Assembly (NCBI GenBank): GCA_963765495.1
Contig: CAVXWP010000002.1
Span: 192,001 to 256,000 of the forward strand
From: Blastocatellia bacterium
GTDB lineage: Bacteria > Acidobacteriota > Blastocatellia > UBA7656
Direction of reading: 5' to 3'
Length of the DNA: 64,000 nucleotides
Positions 58,856-64,000 of the stretch are shown in pieces. Under the pieces are notes generated by a model, which saw only the letters and a program-made list of their open reading frames with translations, did not search any database and had not been told where the DNA came from. A program made the position numbers and the translations under genes. Position 1 is the first letter of the stretch. The number at the start of each line of letters is the position of its first letter.

Positions 58856-59875
58856 TCAATCTTTGGCGGCGAGTTCAGGCAAAGAACCGACCTCACGGTG
58901 AACAGGGTCCTGCTCGAATCGCTTCGTATTGTGCTCGATCAACCCCGCTCTAAACCCGCGAAGCAGATGCGTCCCCAGTATCAGTTTGTAGATTCGATCA
59001 AGAGCGAGGCTTCGAGGAGCAACGCGCTCAACTATCGAGGTCAGAAAAAAAAGGGCTGCCATAATCGGGCGAAACGAGAGCGCGGATTTGAAGAGTTTTC
59101 GCGCGCTTAAAGAAAAAGGCTCTTGCCCGAGCCTTACCGGGCCGTTGACTCGCAGACGTTCAATATTATCGGGCCAGTCCGGGTAGCGACGGCAAAAGAG
59201 AGCCATATACCGGATTCCCCACTCTGCGCGGCGGCAATAGCTTCGCAGGTCTAAAGCGTTGTCGTGATGCAAGGCCAGGGCTTCGGGCAGGAAAGTGATC
59301 CGGCCTCCGCGCGCGGTATGGCGTAAGGCAAAGTCCTGATCTTCGCTGCTTACGATATCGTTATCGAAGCCTCCAAGATCGCAAAACATCTCTCGTGAAA
59401 TCGACATATTGGATGCCGTGCAGAAATTTCTGATAGATGTCAGACCACGCTGTTCGGGCACGATCTGTTGTTCGAGCCGCTGCCGAAAGCGCCCGAAAGG
59501 GCCTGCCAGAGACTGATCGGGAAGCCGGACGGCACCAACCGCGAGACAGCCCGGCCACTCGCTATGCGCTCGCAGATGAGCCGCGAGAAAATCGCTGTCG
59601 ACCGTCACGTCATCATCAACAAAAAGGAGTATGTCGCCCGCTGCGATTGCCGCGCCGCGATTGCGCGCTATCGATCTTTCGACACCCTCGGTCCGCAAAA
59701 GCCTGAGCGTCGGCCCCTGTTCGCCTTCGGGCAAACTCACCGCAGGAGTTGAACCGTCGTCAACGACTATGATTTCGTAATGGGAATCTGCGAGAGACTG
59801 TCGTTTGAGAGAATCGAGAATCGCCGCCAGTTTATTGGGGCGGTTATGAGTTGGAATGACCACGCTCAATTTCAT
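58856..59875 (-). CDS. Glycosyltransferase family 2
   Basis: LSVVIPTHNR, VDDGS, ARNRG, FVDDD, GGFD...EDQD. Confidence 0.92.
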   Translation of the reverse strand: MKLSVVIPTHNRPNKLAAILDSLKRQSLADSHYEIIVVDDGSTPAVSLPEGEQGPTLRLLRTEGVERSIARNRGAAIAAGDILLFVDDDVTVDSDFLAAHLRAHSEWPGCLAVGAVRLPDQSLAGPFGRFRQRLEQQIVPEQRGLTSIRNFCTASNMSISREMFCDLGGFDNDIVSSEDQDFALRHTARGGRITFLPEALALHHDNALDLRSYCRRAEWGIRYMALFCRRYPDWPDNIERLRVNGPVRLGQEPFSLSARKLFKSALSFRPIMAALFFLTSIVERVAPRSLALDRIYKLILGTHLLRGFRAGLIEHNTKRFEQDPVHREVGSLPELAAKD

Positions 59876-59880
59876 TCCGT

Positions 59881-60867
59881 TTATATCTCACTCACTCTGG
59901 CCGTCGCCTCGCCACGCAGGGCGCGATAGCGCGAGTACAGTTTTACCGAACCTGCCGAACTTAAAAGCATCGCCCAGAAGGTTGGACGCGTGAGCATCCG
60001 AGGGTCTGCCTGCGCCGCGTACCACAGATTATTTCGAGTCGCACGTCTTCGACCAGCCATCAAAGCCTGTTCGGCGAAGTACATGTGGCGGAGGCTGAGC
60101 GCCTGAAACGCGGGGCGTTTCAGGTCGTGGAATCGTTTGTCGGATTTTGTAATCCGAGCGAAGGTATCGCCCAGAATGCGCCGTTCCTGATAGCCGTTCT
60201 TTGCCGCGTCAAGCTGTTCGGCAGTCCCGCTCGCATCGTGGACTCGATACGCGGCCAGAGGCTCGCTTGCGTAACTGACCGCCCAGTTTTCGGCGAGCCT
60301 GATCGCCCACTCCCAGTCGTGACCCCAGGTCAGATCGGTGCGAAACAACCCGGCTCTCTGCTGACACTCTCTGCGAACCATCATCGAAGGCGGACAGACT
60401 ATGCAACCGAAAAGAAGCGATTCAAGCAACTCGGCAGGAGCGAAAGTGCGATCAAGCGGCCACTGCCTGCTAGTGGAGGTCTCGGCACCTTCCGCGTCTA
60501 CTACGCGCACGGCCCCAAAGACGAATCCAAGCCGGGGGTCACGCGAGAGCCTTTCGACTCGATCACTCAGGAAACCGGGCAGAAAGAAATCATCCGCGTG
60601 GAGCAGGGTAATAAATTCGCCCCTTGCTTCATCGAGACAGCGGTTGAAATTCCCGGCCTGCTTCGCATTCGTTTCAAAGCGCAGATAACGCAGACGCGAG
60701 TCCTTATAGCTCCGGCAAATCTCGGGAGTTTCATCGCTTGAAACATCGTCGCAGATGACGAGTTCATAATCCTCGAAATCCTGACTCAGAACGCTTTCAA
60801 TCGCCGTGGGGAGATAGCGCGCCGTGTTGTATGTCGGTATGCATATGCTAACTCTTGGCATTGCCAT
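59881..60867 (-). CDS. Glycosyltransferase family 2
   Basis: VSICIPTYN, DDVSSD, LHADD; start ATG 60867 or 60861. Confidence 0.92.
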   Translation of the reverse strand: MAMPRVSICIPTYNTARYLPTAIESVLSQDFEDYELVICDDVSSDETPEICRSYKDSRLRYLRFETNAKQAGNFNRCLDEARGEFITLLHADDFFLPGFLSDRVERLSRDPRLGFVFGAVRVVDAEGAETSTSRQWPLDRTFAPAELLESLLFGCIVCPPSMMVRRECQQRAGLFRTDLTWGHDWEWAIRLAENWAVSYASEPLAAYRVHDASGTAEQLDAAKNGYQERRILGDTFARITKSDKRFHDLKRPAFQALSLRHMYFAEQALMAGRRRATRNNLWYAAQADPRMLTRPTFWAMLLSSAGSVKLYSRYRALRGEATARVSEI

Positions 60868-62182
60868 CTCCGTCAAACTCAAAATTCTTAAACGTCGCGC
60901 CGACAAAAAAACCGTCGCGGATAGAATCGGCTATGCCCTGAAAAATCCAGCGCCCGTATCGCCCGATCTGTATGATGTCCTGTTTTTCCAGCGCCTCAAG
61001 CGCCTGGTGTTTCCAGCTTGAACCCGGCCACGACCACGTGTAGGCCACGTCAATCCAGGTAGGGTCGACCACTTCCACATCTCCAATAAATTTCCACGCC
61101 CGTAATTCTTTGATGACCGCCTCCGAGTAATCCTGTATCTCGGATTCGGTAGGCTTCTTGCCTCCGTTATAGGCGCGCTCGACATAGATGCTGACCTTAT
61201 CGTCGCTCTTACGACTCGAAGCTGGAAGGAATGAACGATCAACGTTGCTGTAAAATCCTACGCGGTGAAAGCCCGAATCCGTCTCGGCGACGTATATCCA
61301 GTGATCGTCGGGGCAGGATTTGCCGCGAATCGCGCCTATGTTGAGCACCAGCACCGATGTAAAGGGATCGGTTTCGGCATACACGGTCAGATCGGTCAAC
61401 TCAAGCATCCGATTGAGCGGAAGGGTGGAAATCAACGTGTCGTAAGCGATGTGGCTGCCGTCGGAAAAAGTGATCTCCTTGCCGACAGCATCTATCTTAA
61501 CCGCGCGGTGGCCGTATCGAACATCGGCGCGACTGGCCATCGTCTGCGCCAGTGTGTTCAGCCCTCCCACAGGATAAACGTATTCGACGTTGTATCCCAC
61601 AGGTGGCGCGTTGTCGAAGGCTCCCTGTATCGCTACCGAAATATCCACGGGCGATTTGTAGTCATCCTGCGGCGCGATTCGTTCATATAACCCGTCTGTA
61701 TACAAATTATGGAAAGGGTGAAAGAAACGTTCGCACAGCGCGGGGCCAAAGCTCTGTTCCAGCCACTCCTTCATAGTGCGATACTTCGTCTTTGGCCGCG
61801 CCATCTCCGCCAGCGCCCGCGCAGCAAAGGTCGGAGATAGATGGCGCAGGTGATTTTGCAGAGGGTAAGGGATGTAGAGCCGCCCGTCGGGAAAGAAGAC
61901 CGAAGACCTTCTGAAATAGCTCTTCACATCCGTCATAGAGCGGATAAAGCGCAGCACAGCCGGGTCGCCGCCGAATATCCAGTGGCCGCCGCCTATCTCG
62001 AAATGATAGGCCTCCGCGTCATCCGGCGCTTGTGCGAGTCGCTCAGTGCTATCCGGTCGGATGTAGTAAGACGAGCAGATGCCGCCGGGAGTCTCTGCCG
62101 CCTCATAAACGGGCAACCCCGATACCATGCCCGCCGCAAGTCCCGTCATGCCGCCGCCAAGTATTATGTTTTTTCTTTCCAT
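60848..62182 (-). CDS. FAD-dependent oxidoreductase (HemY/UDP-galactopyranose mutase-like)
   Basis: ILGGGMTGLAAG, EAAETPGGICSS, GGHWIF, GRYGRW; located in the polysaccharide locus. Confidence 0.8.
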   Translation of the reverse strand: MERKNIILGGGMTGLAAGMVSGLPVYEAAETPGGICSSYYIRPDSTERLAQAPDDAEAYHFEIGGGHWIFGGDPAVLRFIRSMTDVKSYFRRSSVFFPDGRLYIPYPLQNHLRHLSPTFAARALAEMARPKTKYRTMKEWLEQSFGPALCERFFHPFHNLYTDGLYERIAPQDDYKSPVDISVAIQGAFDNAPPVGYNVEYVYPVGGLNTLAQTMASRADVRYGHRAVKIDAVGKEITFSDGSHIAYDTLISTLPLNRMLELTDLTVYAETDPFTSVLVLNIGAIRGKSCPDDHWIYVAETDSGFHRVGFYSNVDRSFLPASSRKSDDKVSIYVERAYNGGKKPTESEIQDYSEAVIKELRAWKFIGDVEVVDPTWIDVAYTWSWPGSSWKHQALEALEKQDIIQIGRYGRWIFQGIADSIRDGFFVGATFKNFEFDGDGNAKS

Positions 62183-62207
62183 GAGTTCAACGAATACTTT
62201 TTCAAAA

Positions 62208-63620
62208 TCAGATAGTCGATTGTAGCGAACGGCTCGGAGCCGGAAGGCGGCTCTCTGATTCGAGTAAATCCATGTAGAACTGTTCCACTCCAGAAGCCCT
62301 CTGTCTCGTATCGGGAACCGCGCGCAGGTTTGAAATCAGATTTTCAACCAGTCCCGGTTCCTGAATCACTCGCTGCATCTGTCGCTCCAGATCATCCACA
62401 TTGCGAAACTCGTACAAGAGACCGTCAACCCCATCGCGTATTGTCTCTGTTATCCCGCCGATGGCAGGCGCTATCGTAGGAACTCCGACTGCCGCCGCTT
62501 CAAGAGGCACACGACCCAGCGGTTCACATACGGTAGTTGCCATCATAGCGACATCTATCTCGCCATATACATCCCATATATCTTCGGCCTTATACATCCC
62601 GCGAACAAAAACCCTGTCATCCAGACCGCGAGCCGATACCTCACCGAGACCGGATTCGCAATCAGGCCCCCAGATATGCAACTCGAAAACCAGTCCTTTC
62701 GCTTTCAATCTGGCAGCCGCCTCAAGCACATCCTTTATGCCTTTGTGCTGTTGAAACCCGGCTACAAATCCCAGCCTGAGCGGGGTTCTCAGCCGGGGCG
62801 GCTGCCGGGGCGGCAGGCCGGTCAGGTTTATACCGAGTTGTATATATTCGGTCGGGCCGGAAAGGTGCGGCTTATGTTTTGAGACCATGAACTGAGAATA
62901 ACCTATCGCGCCTCGGATGAACCCGCGAGCGACAGAACGCCGCCACAATCGATATGCCGGATAGAGCCCAAGTTTCAGCAACCGCCAGGGCAGCTTTAAC
63001 ATCGCCCGTTTGTGCGTGCGATCATAATAACTGTACATGCATTCCAGACACCGTCCCGGGCGCGGCCCTTCACACGGCTCAGATGTAGGCGAGCGCAATA
63101 GCATGAGTCGAGGACAGATCACCCACGCCTCGTGGAGCATCGCCACTATCGGTATATCCCGGCTGCCTATCTCAACAATACACTCTTCGCCAAGGGGTCG
63201 GGATGCGTTGTAACTTACGAGGTCGGGCTTTCGGTCTGAAAGCATCTCATGTATGAGGCGAACAATTTTGCGCTGATGCTTTCGCCAACCTATTATTCCC
63301 AGATTCCACCCTTCCGGGTCGATTGTGCGAAAGTATGGAAGGTTGATTCTGTCTACCCGCACATCACCATCAAAGTCGGTTCGTATTGAGTAAGGCTCAC
63401 TATCATTATTGTCTACGCATAGAACCCTGACCTCGTGTCCCTGAGACGCAAGAAACCGGCAGACATCCTGTATATAGATTGCCGCGCCGCCGCCGTACCC
63501 GGGCGGGTACGTTTCGGCAATATGCCAGATGTAGAGTTTTCTGCCTATTTTCGCGTAAGAACTCACTGATAAACCTTGGGGCGCAATAGAGGGTTTCATG
63601 CGTTTGTGATTCGCCGCCAT
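62208..63620 (-). CDS. Glycosyltransferase family 4
   Basis: YPPGYGGGA, LHEAWVICPR, HKG, EPLGRVPLEA (EX7E). Confidence 0.9.
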   Translation of the reverse strand: MAANHKRMKPSIAPQGLSVSSYAKIGRKLYIWHIAETYPPGYGGGAAIYIQDVCRFLASQGHEVRVLCVDNNDSEPYSIRTDFDGDVRVDRINLPYFRTIDPEGWNLGIIGWRKHQRKIVRLIHEMLSDRKPDLVSYNASRPLGEECIVEIGSRDIPIVAMLHEAWVICPRLMLLRSPTSEPCEGPRPGRCLECMYSYYDRTHKRAMLKLPWRLLKLGLYPAYRLWRRSVARGFIRGAIGYSQFMVSKHKPHLSGPTEYIQLGINLTGLPPRQPPRLRTPLRLGFVAGFQQHKGIKDVLEAAARLKAKGLVFELHIWGPDCESGLGEVSARGLDDRVFVRGMYKAEDIWDVYGEIDVAMMATTVCEPLGRVPLEAAAVGVPTIAPAIGGITETIRDGVDGLLYEFRNVDDLERQMQRVIQEPGLVENLISNLRAVPDTRQRASGVEQFYMDLLESESRLPAPSRSLQSTI

Positions 63621-64000
63621 CTTGAATTCACGGCTCTCAAAAGCCTGCCTTTCAATCTCAGCGTTTCGCCCGAAAGATTCCCTTCTATTTTTGTGAATTC
63701 CATCGGGCGGTTTATCGGGTCGGTGTTGTAGTAGGTGTTTGCGAATCCGAGCGTCTCCATCAGCCGATGTGTTTTGCCCGCGTACTTGAAATTCTCAGGT
63801 ATATGCGAGGGATACTCGGGACCGATGCTTTCAAAGCTCTCGGTAACAAGCCCGATTCCTCCATTCTTCAGGACCCGGTAAATGCACTCCATAGTAGAGA
63901 GCGGGTCCGGCAGATGCTCGAACACCTCAATACAGACCACGGCATCGAATTCGCTCGAAGGAATCTCAGTCTCTTTATCGAGCACGGTAATCTGATCTTG
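63596..64000 (-). CDS. Class I SAM-dependent methyltransferase, N-terminus outside the window
   Basis: Frame open to 64000; FDAVVCIEVFEHLPDP...LKNGG. Confidence 0.8.
   Translation of the reverse strand, partial: QDQITVLDKETEIPSSEFDAVVCIEVFEHLPDPLSTMECIYRVLKNGGIGLVTESFESIGPEYPSHIPENFKYAGKTHRLMETLGFANTYYNTDPINRPMEFTKIEGNLSGETLRLKGRLLRAVNSRWRRITNA

Overview
Bacterial chromosomal window, most likely Acidobacteriota (Blastocatellia-like). The inference rests on an ADOP-type duplicated permease, an acidobacterial VWA protein, an SBBP beta-propeller protein and a TolB-type Ser/Thr kinase. No rRNA, tRNA, CRISPR array, transposase or prophage was found. In order, the window holds: (1) a truncated Ser/Thr kinase and several secreted or membrane proteins (1-11 kb); (2) a PAS histidine kinase, response regulator and hybrid kinase operon (12-18 kb); (3) a Fur-boxed iron-uptake operon of TonB receptor, PiuC and PepSY-TM (19.7-24.6 kb); (4) a permease-less MacAB-like ABC export core with two sigma54 promoters next to an NtrC/NtrB-like pair (25-31 kb); (5) a phosphoesterase, an M14 peptidase, a Cys-motif histone-H1-like protein, a Rad52/22-like annealase and an ECF sigma/anti-sigma pair (31-37.6 kb); (6) a long minus-strand surface-polysaccharide cluster (44-64 kb). 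The best candidate for an undescribed system is at the distal end of that cluster (37.7-43.9 kb). It is a RiPP-like module of an HprK-like kinase, a PqqD/RRE domain fused to a twin-arginine-like leader plus a 10-Cys core peptide, a nucleotidyltransferase, a YkgJ Cys-cluster protein and an O-antigen-ligase-like enzyme, with no lasso cyclase, peptidase or radical SAM gene. Intergenic regions also carry a 150-bp MITE-like element and several 7- and 9-nt-period repeat families. All calls come from reading motifs by eye; no database searches were run.
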